Origin: a virus
Taxonomy: Duplodnaviria; Caudoviricetes
Strand: one strand, 5' to 3'
Length of the DNA stretch: 64,000 nucleotides
IMG/VR virus record: IMGVR_UViG_3300002307_000042
Location: 1-64,000 of that record
This document shows, in pieces, positions 8,884 through 18,173 of the stretch (positions are counted from its first letter, which is position 1; every line of letters begins with the position of its first letter). Position numbers and translations under genes: made by a program. The notes under the pieces are model-generated. The model ran no database searches, was not told the origin of the DNA, and saw only the letters and a list, made by a program, of their open reading frames with translations.

Positions 8884-9291
8884 TTATTTTTTCTTTTTCT
8901 TTTTGCTACGATAGCCGTCAAAGCCCTTTATAGGACTTGACTTATGAGTGTCCTCAGGTTCTTGACTTTTAGACCAACCAACCACACTCTTATGATCAGT
9001 CGGTACTGCGCCCATTGCCTGATGAAGCATATTGTGTTCTTGTTCGGTATATGGATGAATAGTGTTATATTTTTCAACAAAGCTAGAGGCATCTATGTCA
9101 GTTGGTTTTTTAGAAGACCCGTCTGCCATTGCCATTGCCATACCTAACCTGTTCAAATGGTAAGTGCGGTCGTAACCTCCATTGTCACGAACTTTGTGAT
9201 AGCTTCTTACTGCTTGCGATGCATTGTGTGAAATTTTGCCACCATTGTGACCTTTGGTAATTTCTTCGGTTATAAATTCGTGCGCTCTCAT
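8884..9291 (-). CDS. Hypothetical protein, possibly an internal head protein (135 aa)
   Basis: Better start is ATG 9289-9291 (MRAHEFITE), just after the upstream stop; basic C-terminus SKKKKK. Confidence 0.8.
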   Translation of the reverse strand: MRAHEFITEEITKGHNGGKISHNASQAVRSYHKVRDNGGYDRTYHLNRLGMAMAMADGSSKKPTDIDASSFVEKYNTIHPYTEQEHNMLHQAMGAVPTDHKSVVGWSKSQEPEDTHKSSPIKGFDGYRSKKKKKK

Positions 9292-9298
9292 TTTTGTG

Positions 9299-9844
9299 TT
9301 ACACCCTAAACCCGGTAGGAATTTCAGTTGACAGCGTTTGGTTATCATACCCATCAGCTTGAATGTTTGCGGTATTGGCACTCATGCCAATCCACATGAT
9401 CTGGCTATTGATTAAATGTGTCATATCATCTGATCCTACCGGATTTACTAGAATTTGCACATTACCATTGTTACTAACTACCATGTCATATGTAGTCAGC
9501 GTGTTTCCGAAGAAAGTGCTTCCGTATGCAGAAAACTTGACATCACTGCTATCATTATTTAATTGTGCATACACTTGAATATCTTGGGTATCAGGAGTAC
9601 CATTAGCTATACTCTTGATATAAAATTGACCCTGTGTAAATGTGCTTGTTGGCGCTTCAAAAATGACCTGACTTTGGGCATTTCCAAAAGTGTATGCTAC
9701 TGTAGTATTTACAAATGATTGGAAGAGGTTGCTAAAGTTATTGTTGACTTTATCAAAAGCAACACGCAATGGATCACCGGTACCGTCATTTGGATTAGCA
9801 CCAATATTAATAACTTCTTGTGAATATAATGGAGTTGTGCTCAT
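9299..9844 (-). CDS. Virion structural protein with a T4 gp9/gp10-like N-terminus
   Basis: QEVINIGANPNDGTGDPLRVAFDKVNNNF motif; late box at 9864-9871. Confidence 0.75.
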   Translation of the reverse strand: MSTTPLYSQEVINIGANPNDGTGDPLRVAFDKVNNNFSNLFQSFVNTTVAYTFGNAQSQVIFEAPTSTFTQGQFYIKSIANGTPDTQDIQVYAQLNNDSSDVKFSAYGSTFFGNTLTTYDMVVSNNGNVQILVNPVGSDDMTHLINSQIMWIGMSANTANIQADGYDNQTLSTEIPTGFRV

Positions 9845-9885
9845 TTCTATCTTCCGTTTATAGTATTTATCAAACGGATAATAGA

Positions 9886-10155
9886 TTAGTGTTTAGTTGC
9901 GTCTTCAAAAATCTTTTTTTGCTGAATATACCATTCGTTCCAGCCTCTTACTTTAGCAGCACATTCATGATATGTCATGTAATTGTCAGTTACAGTTTTA
10001 GTAAACTCAGAAAGAGTTGATCCTTCTGCCGCTTCCTTCAAACTCTCACAGTCTGATACCAGCACATTAGGCGCATCAGGGAACTTAGCGGTTACAGGCT
10101 GCGCTGTAACACATCCAGTCAATAATAGAGGTAACAGTAAGCATAATTTTTTCAC
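9886..10155 (-). CDS. Outer-membrane spanin (Rz1-like lipoprotein)
   Basis: Lipobox LLTG-C, Pro-rich segment, GTGA overlap with the upstream i-spanin gene. Confidence 0.8.
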   Translation of the reverse strand: MKKLCLLLPLLLTGCVTAQPVTAKFPDAPNVLVSDCESLKEAAEGSTLSEFTKTVTDNYMTYHECAAKVRGWNEWYIQQKKIFEDATKH

Positions 10156-10616
10156 TGTTTATCTCTCCGAGTAGCGTCATCAGTATTTAATGTTGCAGCC
10201 ATGTTATGTGCTTTAATGACTTCTTTTGGAATCTCACAAACATTGTTATACTTGACAACTTCTCTATCTATGTATTGGGCAATCGTTTTACCCTTCTCAT
10301 GGATAGTCTGTGTTTGCGTAACTACTTTAGTTACTATTTGAGTGTTTACTATTTCTGATTTTACTTGAGCTTTGGCTAATCTGTCTTCTAACTTTTTAAC
10401 TGCGACAGCAGTAGAATCTTTATATGCAATCGCACCTTGCAGATAGAATCCTGCAACAAGAAGTATAATTGCTACAATCTTTATAAGCAAGCTGTATGTT
10501 TTTATGAACGGAACTTTATTTACTAGGATAGTAGCGAGTAATCCTACAATACCTACTGCTATCAAAACAGTAACTACCCACTTGGGAAGAAATAGAAGGA
10601 TCCAATATACATTCAT
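10152..10616 (-). CDS. Inner-membrane spanin (Rz-like)
   Basis: N-terminal hydrophobic helices followed by a coiled-coil-like region; adjacent to a lipoprotein gene. Confidence 0.75.
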   Translation of the reverse strand: MNVYWILLFLPKWVVTVLIAVGIVGLLATILVNKVPFIKTYSLLIKIVAIILLVAGFYLQGAIAYKDSTAVAVKKLEDRLAKAQVKSEIVNTQIVTKVVTQTQTIHEKGKTIAQYIDREVVKYNNVCEIPKEVIKAHNMAATLNTDDATRRDKQ

Positions 10617-10644
10617 GTGTATATTTAGTCCTTCTATGCTTATC

Positions 10645-10935
10645 TTACTCGTAAGTAGCTAAGAAAAATTGAGCTACGCGAATCATTGCTTCTGCATGTT
10701 CCTTACTCTTAGGAAGAGTTATTAGCTCACCTTCATTAATCCTTCGGAATTCTTCAAACGTAGGTGCAATGTCATTGTCAAAGATTTGGGCCATACTATC
10801 GTGCAGTGCCTTTGCTTCACTGTCCGTCATTCCTGACATGAGGGTATACATGCGATCATCTTCACTGATTCGTAGACCATAATCATGCCGCATCGTGTGG
10901 CACATGTTATTGATAATTTCTTCACGAGTCTTCAT
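10645..10935 (-). CDS. Hypothetical protein (96 aa)
   Basis: ORF with ATGA overlap to the thyA stop. Confidence 0.8.
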   Translation of the reverse strand: MKTREEIINNMCHTMRHDYGLRISEDDRMYTLMSGMTDSEAKALHDSMAQIFDNDIAPTFEEFRRINEGELITLPKSKEHAEAMIRVAQFFLATYE

Positions 10936-11846
10936 ACTGCCATCTCCGCTTTGATTGTACCATGACTCTTATAATTGTCCAAGTCAATAGTCTCTATAGT
11001 AAAATCTATAACACGTTTGATATTAGGATTCAACCATAAAGTTGGTAGTGGATATTCTTCTCTAGTCAATTGTTCTTTAACTTGATCAACGTGATTAAGA
11101 TAGATATGGGTGTCTCCAGTAGAAATTATAAGTTCACCCACATCTAACTCACATTCTCTAGCAATCAAATGAGTCAACAATGCATAGCTAGCAATATTAA
11201 AGGGCAGTCCCAAGAAACAATCCACTGATCTTTGGTACATATGGCAGCTTAATTTACCATTACAAACATAAAATTGACTCATAACATGACAGGGAGGAAG
11301 GGCCATTTGATCTAACTCTCCGACATTCCAAGCACTTATGATATGTCTACGACCGTTTGGATCATTCTTGATTCCGTCAATAACTGTTTGCAACTGATCG
11401 ATTTCTTCATGCTCAGGAATCGGACCCGAATACCAATTACCTAAATCGTCTTGGGTAACAAGCGATTCAGCATTTAGGTTTCTAGGTTTTCTCCAGTGTC
11501 TCCACTGTACGCCATATACTCTTCCCAGATCGCCGGGCATTCTTGCTTTAGGTTTCCAATAAGCTGCCTCAGCATTTCCTGTCCAGATCGTATTACGGCT
11601 TGAGTCTCTCTGTCCGTATAAAATTTCAGCAAGTCTTCTTTCATCTCCGCTCCCTTCTATAAACCAAAGTAGTTCACTCACTACTGCTTTCCATGCTAGT
11701 TTCTTTGTTGTAATAGCCGGAAAGCCTTTTGTCAAGTCAAATCGTAACTGGCGGGCAAAAACACTTAGTGTGCCCACTCCAGTTCTATCCTCTTTCTTGA
11801 CGCCGTTATTTAGTATATCCGCTAACAAATCATGATATTGTTTCAT
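10932..11846 (-). CDS. thyA: Thymidylate synthase
   Basis: MKQYHDLL start (ATG 11844-11846), KEDRTGVGT, LPPCH, YQRSVDCFLGLPFNIASY. Confidence 0.98.
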   Translation of the reverse strand: MKQYHDLLADILNNGVKKEDRTGVGTLSVFARQLRFDLTKGFPAITTKKLAWKAVVSELLWFIEGSGDERRLAEILYGQRDSSRNTIWTGNAEAAYWKPKARMPGDLGRVYGVQWRHWRKPRNLNAESLVTQDDLGNWYSGPIPEHEEIDQLQTVIDGIKNDPNGRRHIISAWNVGELDQMALPPCHVMSQFYVCNGKLSCHMYQRSVDCFLGLPFNIASYALLTHLIARECELDVGELIISTGDTHIYLNHVDQVKEQLTREEYPLPTLWLNPNIKRVIDFTIETIDLDNYKSHGTIKAEMAV

Positions 11847-12396
11847 TGCGGCGCCTTTCCGATTCAAAATATGCTTCATCGTCATACACATATGTCATAA
11901 TATTCAATATATTTCGGTTATACCATGCAAAGTGCAGAGCTTCAATTATGTAGTGACTAGCTACCGAAACTATAATCCAAAACACCATCCCGATTATAGA
12001 AAACTTAAATAGCGAAATAGCTGCTAATAGACCGCATATCCACGGAACAGCAAAATTAGCAATCTTAAACGTCCTGTTACAGGACAGAGCCCAAAGGTGA
12101 GGAATCAACAACCCATTTGCCCAAGTTCGTTCCGTGCGGAATTGCTGATACCGTTGGGCCCTAGCCATTTGTTCAGCTATTTCTTTGAGGAATTCTGGAT
12201 CAGGTTCATAATGATATGTATTAACATACGCTGGTGTTCGTGAGGTAGCTGCCGCAGCTTCCTGAGCCGCAATTGACCTCTCATACACTTTCTTTAATTG
12301 TTCTGTCTGCTGACAAGTGGGGCATTTAGTTACTGCGAAACCAGTAGTATAAAAAGTTGACCAACAGGTATAACAGGTTTGTTCACGAGACGACAT
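11830..12396 (-). CDS. Zn-ribbon plus transmembrane hypothetical protein
   Basis: CYTC...CPTC N-terminus and two hydrophobic helices; likely start ATG 12394-12396. Confidence 0.75.
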   Translation of the reverse strand: MSSREQTCYTCWSTFYTTGFAVTKCPTCQQTEQLKKVYERSIAAQEAAAATSRTPAYVNTYHYEPDPEFLKEIAEQMARAQRYQQFRTERTWANGLLIPHLWALSCNRTFKIANFAVPWICGLLAAISLFKFSIIGMVFWIIVSVASHYIIEALHFAWYNRNILNIMTYVYDDEAYFESERRRNETIS

Positions 12397-12841
12397 TTTT
12401 TCTTCTCCAAATTTCGTACATATGATCAGGGAACACTTCACTGAAGGTTCTGATATAATTAGACTCTAAGTATAACATATTGATAAAAGTGTCACAATCA
12501 TAATGGTCATATACCTTTGTCAGGTGAATTTCATTGATGTAGGGCCAGCATTGCTCTATTAGCGTTGCTCCACCAATCAACCAATAAAAATCAGTGTGAT
12601 CCATAATGTCACTGACACATGTTACGCCTTCTTGCTCAAAGGGCCTTGACGTAACAACGATATTGATACGATTAGGTAATGGTTTCTTTGGTAAGCTATC
12701 CCAAGTATTGCGTCCCATAATCACTGGATGCCCAGCAGTAAGTCGTTTAAATCTTGGCAAATCGCCCTGGATATTAGTCCAGGGCAACTTGTTTTGGTAG
12801 CCTATTCCCCCTTTTGGATCACAAGCAATGATTAATTTCAT
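12383..12841 (-). CDS. folA: Dihydrofolate reductase
   Basis: GGIGYQNKLPW, DLPRFKRLT, IMGRNTWDSLP, PLPNRINIVVT, IGGA. Confidence 0.97.
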   Translation of the reverse strand: MKLIIACDPKGGIGYQNKLPWTNIQGDLPRFKRLTAGHPVIMGRNTWDSLPKKPLPNRINIVVTSRPFEQEGVTCVSDIMDHTDFYWLIGGATLIEQCWPYINEIHLTKVYDHYDCDTFINMLYLESNYIRTFSEVFPDHMYEIWRRKNVVS

Positions 12842-13134
12842 AGGTCTTTCAATAAATGATCAGTTTCTGGTTGTACTGTGTCTGCAATACTTTGCACATT
12901 CAATATAAATTCAATACCAACAACTTCGTCATCATACTTCAAAAGCTGTCTACTTACTGCATCTTCAATTTCTTCTGGGTCAAGACCTTCATTTAAAAAC
13001 TTTTCAATGTTAATAGTTTTTTGTCGTTTTCCTTGAAGTCTAAGAATTAGTTTCTTAATGAATTCTACCGGGACCTTTTGCTTTTCAACACCGTCTAGTA
13101 ATCGTTCCCACTTAGCAATAAACTCGGGTGACAT
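12838..13134 (-). CDS. Hypothetical protein (98 aa)
   Basis: ORF with ATGA overlap to folA. Confidence 0.8.
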   Translation of the reverse strand: MSPEFIAKWERLLDGVEKQKVPVEFIKKLILRLQGKRQKTINIEKFLNEGLDPEEIEDAVSRQLLKYDDEVVGIEFILNVQSIADTVQPETDHLLKDL

Positions 13135-13145
13135 TTAATTATCCT

Positions 13146-13880
13146 TTAGGCGGTGATAGTCTTCTTGGGTCGACCTCGTGTCTTCTTTGCAACAGGTGAT
13201 TCAATCGCTGCATTAAGATTTACTGTTGGTGCAGGAGCCATCTGATTTGCTTGTTCCATCAACCTTTGTGCTTCTGCCAATAATCCGTTTGCTTCGCGGC
13301 TCATTTTTTCTGCTTGCATACGAAGATTATTAGCTAATATGTTATCTCCTAATGCACCATCATCAGCTTGAAGTCCTATAGGAGCATTGATACCTTTCTT
13401 CGTAGGAGGAATAGTTTCAGGATTGTAAGCATCCTTGTTTGCTCGCATTCTCTTTGCTACCTGAAAAGGATCCTGTATACCAAGCTGCTTATCCATTTCT
13501 GCTAGCTTGCGTACTGCTTCTTCTCCCTGCGCCATTTCATCAAGAATCGTATTAAGTTCACTAAGCTTAATCTGTATACCGGGACCAGGGGTCATAATGA
13601 TTTGTTCAGTGTTTACCTTCTTTAACATTCCTTCAGCATGTAGCTTTTGTAGAATAATATGACCATCCGTCGTGTAGGAACGGTTGAGGGCAAGTGCTAG
13701 TTCTTCGCTATTCTGACCAATGTCACTATTGATGCAATCAATAAGCGGATCGTGGATGCTACGATTTAAAATTTCTGTATATACGACTAGTGCCATATGC
13801 GGCTCACTAGGAACTTCTCGGAATACTACCGCAACCTTACGGTCTCCTACTCTGCCGACATGTCGTGTAAATTGTGCCAT
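13146..13880 (-). CDS. Hypothetical protein (244 aa)
   Basis: Good RBS (AAAGGAG); coiled-coil-like and basic C-terminus. Confidence 0.85.
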   Translation of the reverse strand: MAQFTRHVGRVGDRKVAVVFREVPSEPHMALVVYTEILNRSIHDPLIDCINSDIGQNSEELALALNRSYTTDGHIILQKLHAEGMLKKVNTEQIIMTPGPGIQIKLSELNTILDEMAQGEEAVRKLAEMDKQLGIQDPFQVAKRMRANKDAYNPETIPPTKKGINAPIGLQADDGALGDNILANNLRMQAEKMSREANGLLAEAQRLMEQANQMAPAPTVNLNAAIESPVAKKTRGRPKKTITA

Positions 13881-13938
13881 AAATTAACTCCTTTATGTCT
13901 TTTATTTAGAGTTAAATGACGCCATCAAATAAAAATAG

Positions 13939-14181
13939 TTACTGCCAGTGTAACATAAACCAAAACAACTGTTCTTCAGATTTAAAAACTAATGAATAAG
14001 ATACCTGATCATGAACTATGCCGTACTGTTCACAAAACGCTAACATGGGTTTGTAATTTTTATTGTCGTATGTAATACCAGTCGGAGTAAAACACCCAGG
14101 ATAATATGCATTGGCATAACGAAGCCGTAGAGGATCATTAGTTGACCTCTCAAAAACTAGCTTAGGCTCTTTGTATCTCAT
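13939..14181 (-). CDS. Small hypothetical protein ending F-x-x-E-x5-F-x-L-x-W
   Basis: ATG 14179-14181 overlaps the upstream TGA; ends VFKSEEQLFWFMLHWQ. Confidence 0.75.
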   Translation of the reverse strand: MRYKEPKLVFERSTNDPLRLRYANAYYPGCFTPTGITYDNKNYKPMLAFCEQYGIVHDQVSYSLVFKSEEQLFWFMLHWQ

Positions 14182-14504
14182 GACCAACGCAGTATGAACA
14201 GCATCAAGTTCTTTTCGTCACTGAACCAAAACATGTAGTCAGGCTCACAGTTATAATTCCATGCAGTCTGCATGTTATTTGAGTTATATCCGCGGGGCCC
14301 AAAGGTGCTATAGCACCATTTAACCATTTCTTCCAACTCTGCAAATGAGTACATTATTGGATTGGCATAATGATGAATTTGATGAAAGATTTTACTTTCT
14401 AGTTGGATTGTGGTTATACGCTTAGTGGCTGGTTTGAAACCAAAATCATCTATCCAAACACTAGCTACTGATTTACCAGCGATCTTAGCCCCAGGTAAGC
14501 TCAT
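14178..14504 (-). CDS. Small hypothetical protein, same C-terminal motif family
   Basis: Likely start ATG 14502-14504; ends FWFSDEKNLMLFILRWS. Confidence 0.75.
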   Translation of the reverse strand: MSLPGAKIAGKSVASVWIDDFGFKPATKRITTIQLESKIFHQIHHYANPIMYSFAELEEMVKWCYSTFGPRGYNSNNMQTAWNYNCEPDYMFWFSDEKNLMLFILRWS

Positions 14505-14730
14505 AAAACACTGCTTCTTTAGGATCTTCAAATGCAACTTGGTATGGTCCACCGATCGAAGAAAAAGTAGAAGGTTTAATCGCAAATCGTCCCCGCAATT
14601 TCTCAAGGACCCAAATACGAGATTCATTCGTTATAGGTGTACTGGTTAAGGTAAAATGAGGGGGTGTCATATTTAGCTCCCTCTCAATAAACCATGTATC
14701 AAAGTTGATATCATCAAGTGTTTTGGTCAT
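14485..14730 (-). CDS. Small hypothetical protein, same C-terminal motif family
   Basis: Ends VAFEDPKEAVFYELTWG. Confidence 0.75.
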   Translation of the reverse strand: MTKTLDDINFDTWFIERELNMTPPHFTLTSTPITNESRIWVLEKLRGRFAIKPSTFSSIGGPYQVAFEDPKEAVFYELTWG

Positions 14731-14995
14731 AACCGTACTTAAGAATATATAATGATTCTAATGCTTCCAAAGCATCACGAATGGTAATATCAGTTTCAGA
14801 TAATTTTAGAATTTGCAATAAGCGGTTGCTACGCATAGCGACTTGCATACGATATTGCAAATCCGGATTGTCATTTACTAACATGCGCTTATCACTTCCC
14901 GGTTGTCTAGCGTAGATCGTTTTGCCATTATCCGGTGACTCATAAATTAATGAAGCCACCGGATCTGTTGCAATTACATTACTTACGATGGTCAT
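14714..14995 (-). CDS. Hypothetical protein with IYESPDNGKTIYAR motif
   Basis: Likely start ATG 14993-14995, overlapping the upstream stop. Confidence 0.75.
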   Translation of the reverse strand: MTIVSNVIATDPVASLIYESPDNGKTIYARQPGSDKRMLVNDNPDLQYRMQVAMRSNRLLQILKLSETDITIRDALEALESLYILKYGYDQNT

Positions 14996-16277
14996 CGTAA
15001 ATCGCATACTGACCGAACGGGGGGTTCGGGTTTGGATCACCGTGAATGATCCAAGTAGTATCGCAATAGTCGGGGTCGCCCCACGAACCACACGGATAAC
15101 CGTCAGTAAACACAATCAGACGATTAGGAACGATACCCTCTTCCTTGAGATAGTTAAAGAAGCAATCAAAGTCAGTACCGCCACCGCCGGCAAGTTCATA
15201 ATCATCAATAGTGTCAAGATTTTCGCTAGTATAATCACGCGGGTTATAAACACGAGTATCAAAGCAAGCAATGTGGATCTTGAAACCATCGAAGATTTCC
15301 ATCATACCAGCAACTTCGCTGATAAACTGCATACCCTGCTTGTTGCTGATAGAACCGCTCATGTCAATCATGATCGTAACGTCAATTTCTTCGCCGGGGT
15401 TCATACCGGGCATGACAGCATCCATGTGCCAACCACGACGAGAAGGACGCATCCATGTGTAGTCGCTCTTGATTGCGCTAGTCAGGTTGACCTGAATAAG
15501 CTCACGCCAGGGCATGACCGGTTCAGTCATTTCCTTAATGAGACGCTGAACGCCTGCAGGAACCGTACCGGCTTCTGCCTGCTGAGCAGCATTCAAAATA
15601 GCCTGACGCATTTCCTGACGGATTTCTTCACGCTCAGCGTCGGTCAGCTGGGGACGACCCTTACCGCGACGACCCTGACCATCCTTCTCGTCATCACCGT
15701 CCTCGTCATCACCGTGACCATCAAGGTGATCGTCAAGCATCTTGTCCAGAAGCTCGTCAACACTGATATACTTGACGTTCTTCATGAGGTCATCATAGAT
15801 AGCCTCAGCGGCCCAGCCCTCATACTTACGATCATAGAGACATTCAACAGTGGTAATGAATTCACCAACCTTGTGCTTCTTAAGGTCGGCATTTACTGCA
15901 TAGTCATCAGCAATATTCCACATTTGCGGATCACGCTCGTTGCGACGACCAAGGTGATCATAAACCACGTGCAGCACTTCGTGACCTACAAGGAATTCGA
16001 CTTCCTTTTGGCGAAGCTTCATGATGAAACGACTATTGTAATAGAAGTTGCGACCGTCAGTAGCAGCAGTACTGCACCATTCGTCTGCATTGATAAGCTT
16101 AAGGCGAGTAGCAAGGTTGCCAAAGAAAGCGTGCTTGAGCAGAAGCCCAATACGAGCCATAACAAGACGCTCACGGGCTTCGTGATCAACCTTAGGATCA
16201 GTAGGGCCCACAAGGCTTTCAAACTTGTTGCTACGCGAACGCTTACCCTTAGAAGCAGTATTAGTGACGCCAGACAT
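14979..16277 (-). CDS. HExxH metallopeptidase-like plus VWA domain protein (DUF2201-like)
   Basis: TAATDG, HEVLH, IDMSGS MIDAS motif, GGGGTDF, IVFTDG; RBS AAAGGA before ATG 16275-16277. Confidence 0.88.
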   Translation of the reverse strand: MSGVTNTASKGKRSRSNKFESLVGPTDPKVDHEARERLVMARIGLLLKHAFFGNLATRLKLINADEWCSTAATDGRNFYYNSRFIMKLRQKEVEFLVGHEVLHVVYDHLGRRNERDPQMWNIADDYAVNADLKKHKVGEFITTVECLYDRKYEGWAAEAIYDDLMKNVKYISVDELLDKMLDDHLDGHGDDEDGDDEKDGQGRRGKGRPQLTDAEREEIRQEMRQAILNAAQQAEAGTVPAGVQRLIKEMTEPVMPWRELIQVNLTSAIKSDYTWMRPSRRGWHMDAVMPGMNPGEEIDVTIMIDMSGSISNKQGMQFISEVAGMMEIFDGFKIHIACFDTRVYNPRDYTSENLDTIDDYELAGGGGTDFDCFFNYLKEEGIVPNRLIVFTDGYPCGSWGDPDYCDTTWIIHGDPNPNPPFGQYAIYDDHRK

Positions 16278-16303
16278 TGAGATTCCTTTCATTTGATATA
16301 GTG

Positions 16304-16332
16304 AATGTATCACCAAACACTACAAGTGTCAA
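16304..16332 (-). promoter_or_regulatory. Sigma70-type early promoter
   Basis: TTGACA-N17-TACATT. Confidence 0.7.
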
Positions 16333-16335
16333 TAG

Positions 16336-16587
16336 TTAATTGAGCTTGCGGTTAGTATTATTGTCGTCAAAATTCAATGGCTTAGAAAGCTTTTCAATTT
16401 CTTCGTCAGACCAGGTACCGTTATCTAGGTCTAGAGGAACCGCTTCATCCAAAAAGGTACCGTCGGCAAAGCCTTCTGTAATAGTTTTCACCAACTCGTC
16501 AAGCTCTTCCTGAGTGCCATCAAAGCTATCAAAACACCCGGGGACGAAAACAAGAGTAAGCCCATTCGGTAGTTTAATACCAGACAT
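16336..16587 (-). CDS. Acidic hypothetical protein (83 aa)
   Basis: ORF with AGGA RBS. Confidence 0.8.
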   Translation of the reverse strand: MSGIKLPNGLTLVFVPGCFDSFDGTQEELDELVKTITEGFADGTFLDEAVPLDLDNGTWSDEEIEKLSKPLNFDDNNTNRKLN

Positions 16588-16606
16588 ATAAAATCCTATA
16601 AAAATT

Positions 16607-16633
16607 GGGGGAGGGCTGTCTCGAACCCTCCCC
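16607..16633 (-). terminator. Intrinsic terminator after the AAA ATPase gene
   Basis: GGGGAGGG/CCCTCCCC 8-bp stem followed by AATTTTT on the minus strand. Confidence 0.7.
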
Positions 16634-16646
16634 CAGGAGCTCAGGC

Positions 16647-17744
16647 TTAGTTGCCTGCTTCTACAATGTACTTACCGTACTTCTTGTAGAATTCATCAAA
16701 GTTGGGAAGCTGCGAGGGCTCGATCGGCAGCTTGTACGTCTTGAGTGCAATCTTAGAACCCATGACGACCAGCTCCGTTTCGAAGTTCTTCATCATGTAG
16801 TCAAAGAAGTTGGCAGCCATGTCATGAAACTTCTTGTTATCAGTGCGCTTGTTGTCAATGATATCCTTGAGTTCATAGCACATAGAAATCGTAAGCGAGT
16901 ACATCGCAGAGATTTCCTTCACATTGAGTTCCTTGACCTTGCCCTCAAGAATGTCAATCGGATTCGGCATCTTGCTAGCAAACTTACGGTGAGCCATAAA
17001 CTTAGCAGCAAGACCATCACCGATAGCACCTGCAACGAGCGTGAACAGGGTATCGTTATCAGTGTTGTCTTCGTCGGTGAGCATGTCGCTCACGAAAGTC
17101 CACGAACGAGGAGTAGCGAACGCACGAGACGAACCCTTAGCGTCAAAGTCATAACCGTCCTGCTTAGAGAACGAGAGATAACCGACAACATCCTTGTGGA
17201 TGCCCTTGTTAACAGCCCAAGTCTGCCAGGCGTTGAAGTCATACTTCATTTCAATGTGAACGAAGCGGTTAGCGAGCGGCATCGGCATGCGATAAGTAAC
17301 ACCCTTGTCGCTATCACGGTTACCAGCAGCGACGATAACCACATTGTCGGGAAGCTTATACTTACCAACACGACGGTTCAGAATAAGCTGATAACCAGCA
17401 GCCTGAACTGCGGGCGGAGCCGAGTTCATTTCATCGAGGAAAAGAACGATGATCGGATATTCAGCAGCAAGCTCTGCGCTAGGAAGATCGACAGGCTCGG
17501 CCCAGTCCATCTTGCCGATTTCCTTGTTGAAGTAAGGAATACCACGAATATCAGTCGGTTCCATCTGAGCCATACGAAGGTCGATCATGAAACCACCAAG
17601 TTCGTTAGTGATATCTTCAACGACTTCGCTCTTACCGATACCCGGAGGGCCCCAGAGGAAGACAGGACGCTTTGCCTTGAAAGCAGTGAGGATGGCCTTA
17701 CGGGCCTGAATAGAAGTAATAGTGTGATTTTCAGAATGAGACAT
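16647..17744 (-). CDS. MoxR/dynein-related AAA+ ATPase
   Basis: Walker A GPPGIGKS, Walker B LFLDEMN, AAGN sensor, PLANRF arginine finger, TPRSW. Confidence 0.92.
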   Translation of the reverse strand: MSHSENHTITSIQARKAILTAFKAKRPVFLWGPPGIGKSEVVEDITNELGGFMIDLRMAQMEPTDIRGIPYFNKEIGKMDWAEPVDLPSAELAAEYPIIVLFLDEMNSAPPAVQAAGYQLILNRRVGKYKLPDNVVIVAAGNRDSDKGVTYRMPMPLANRFVHIEMKYDFNAWQTWAVNKGIHKDVVGYLSFSKQDGYDFDAKGSSRAFATPRSWTFVSDMLTDEDNTDNDTLFTLVAGAIGDGLAAKFMAHRKFASKMPNPIDILEGKVKELNVKEISAMYSLTISMCYELKDIIDNKRTDNKKFHDMAANFFDYMMKNFETELVVMGSKIALKTYKLPIEPSQLPNFDEFYKKYGKYIVEAGN

Positions 17745-17808
17745 GATTTTAGCTCCTAGTTAAACAAACAAATAGAGAGATTTCTTCGTTGCTGCTCTCT
17801 ATATACTC

Positions 17809-17837
17809 GTTATATGATATTCAGCTGGTGAAGTCAA
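17809..17837 (-). promoter_or_regulatory. Sigma70-type early promoter
   Basis: TTGACT-N17-TATAAC. Confidence 0.75.
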
Positions 17838-17865
17838 CCACTTTTTTCGCTCAGTGGATATTTTT

Positions 17866-18138
17866 TTATGCCATGAGGCGAAGCATCAAAATAAGATGCT
17901 CTAGGTGCTTGATTGCACTACGGACTTCCTGGCTAAGTTTGTTATACTGAACATGATAACGAGAGCGAGGAGGAGTCCTGCGGGTATAGACCTCAAGCTT
18001 GCTAAGCTCTTCCACCATATCACAGATGTTGTAGCAAAACTTACTTAGATCGTAGTTATAAGGAAGGCGTGTCAACTGCCTGTTGATGTCATACATGATC
18101 GCCTTAGCTTCTTCTGCGTTTTTGAAGTCTTTATCCAT
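17866..18138 (-). CDS. Helical hypothetical protein (90 aa)
   Basis: ORF starting 6 nt after a -10 box. Confidence 0.8.
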   Translation of the reverse strand: MDKDFKNAEEAKAIMYDINRQLTRLPYNYDLSKFCYNICDMVEELSKLEVYTRRTPPRSRYHVQYNKLSQEVRSAIKHLEHLILMLRLMA

Positions 18139-18144
18139 AAATTC

Positions 18145-18173
18145 ACACTACTGTAGTTTTGGGCAATTGTCAA
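18145..18173 (-). promoter_or_regulatory. Sigma70-type early promoter, probably leaderless
   Basis: TTGACA-N17-TAGTGT, with ATG 6 nt downstream. Confidence 0.6.

Noticed and set aside
14988-17759. Long plus-strand ORFs of 430 aa (14988-16280) and 384 aa (16605-17759)
   Set aside because: They mirror the VWA and AAA genes almost exactly, arise from absence of TTA/CTA/TCA codons on the coding strand, and show no recognisable motifs or RBS.
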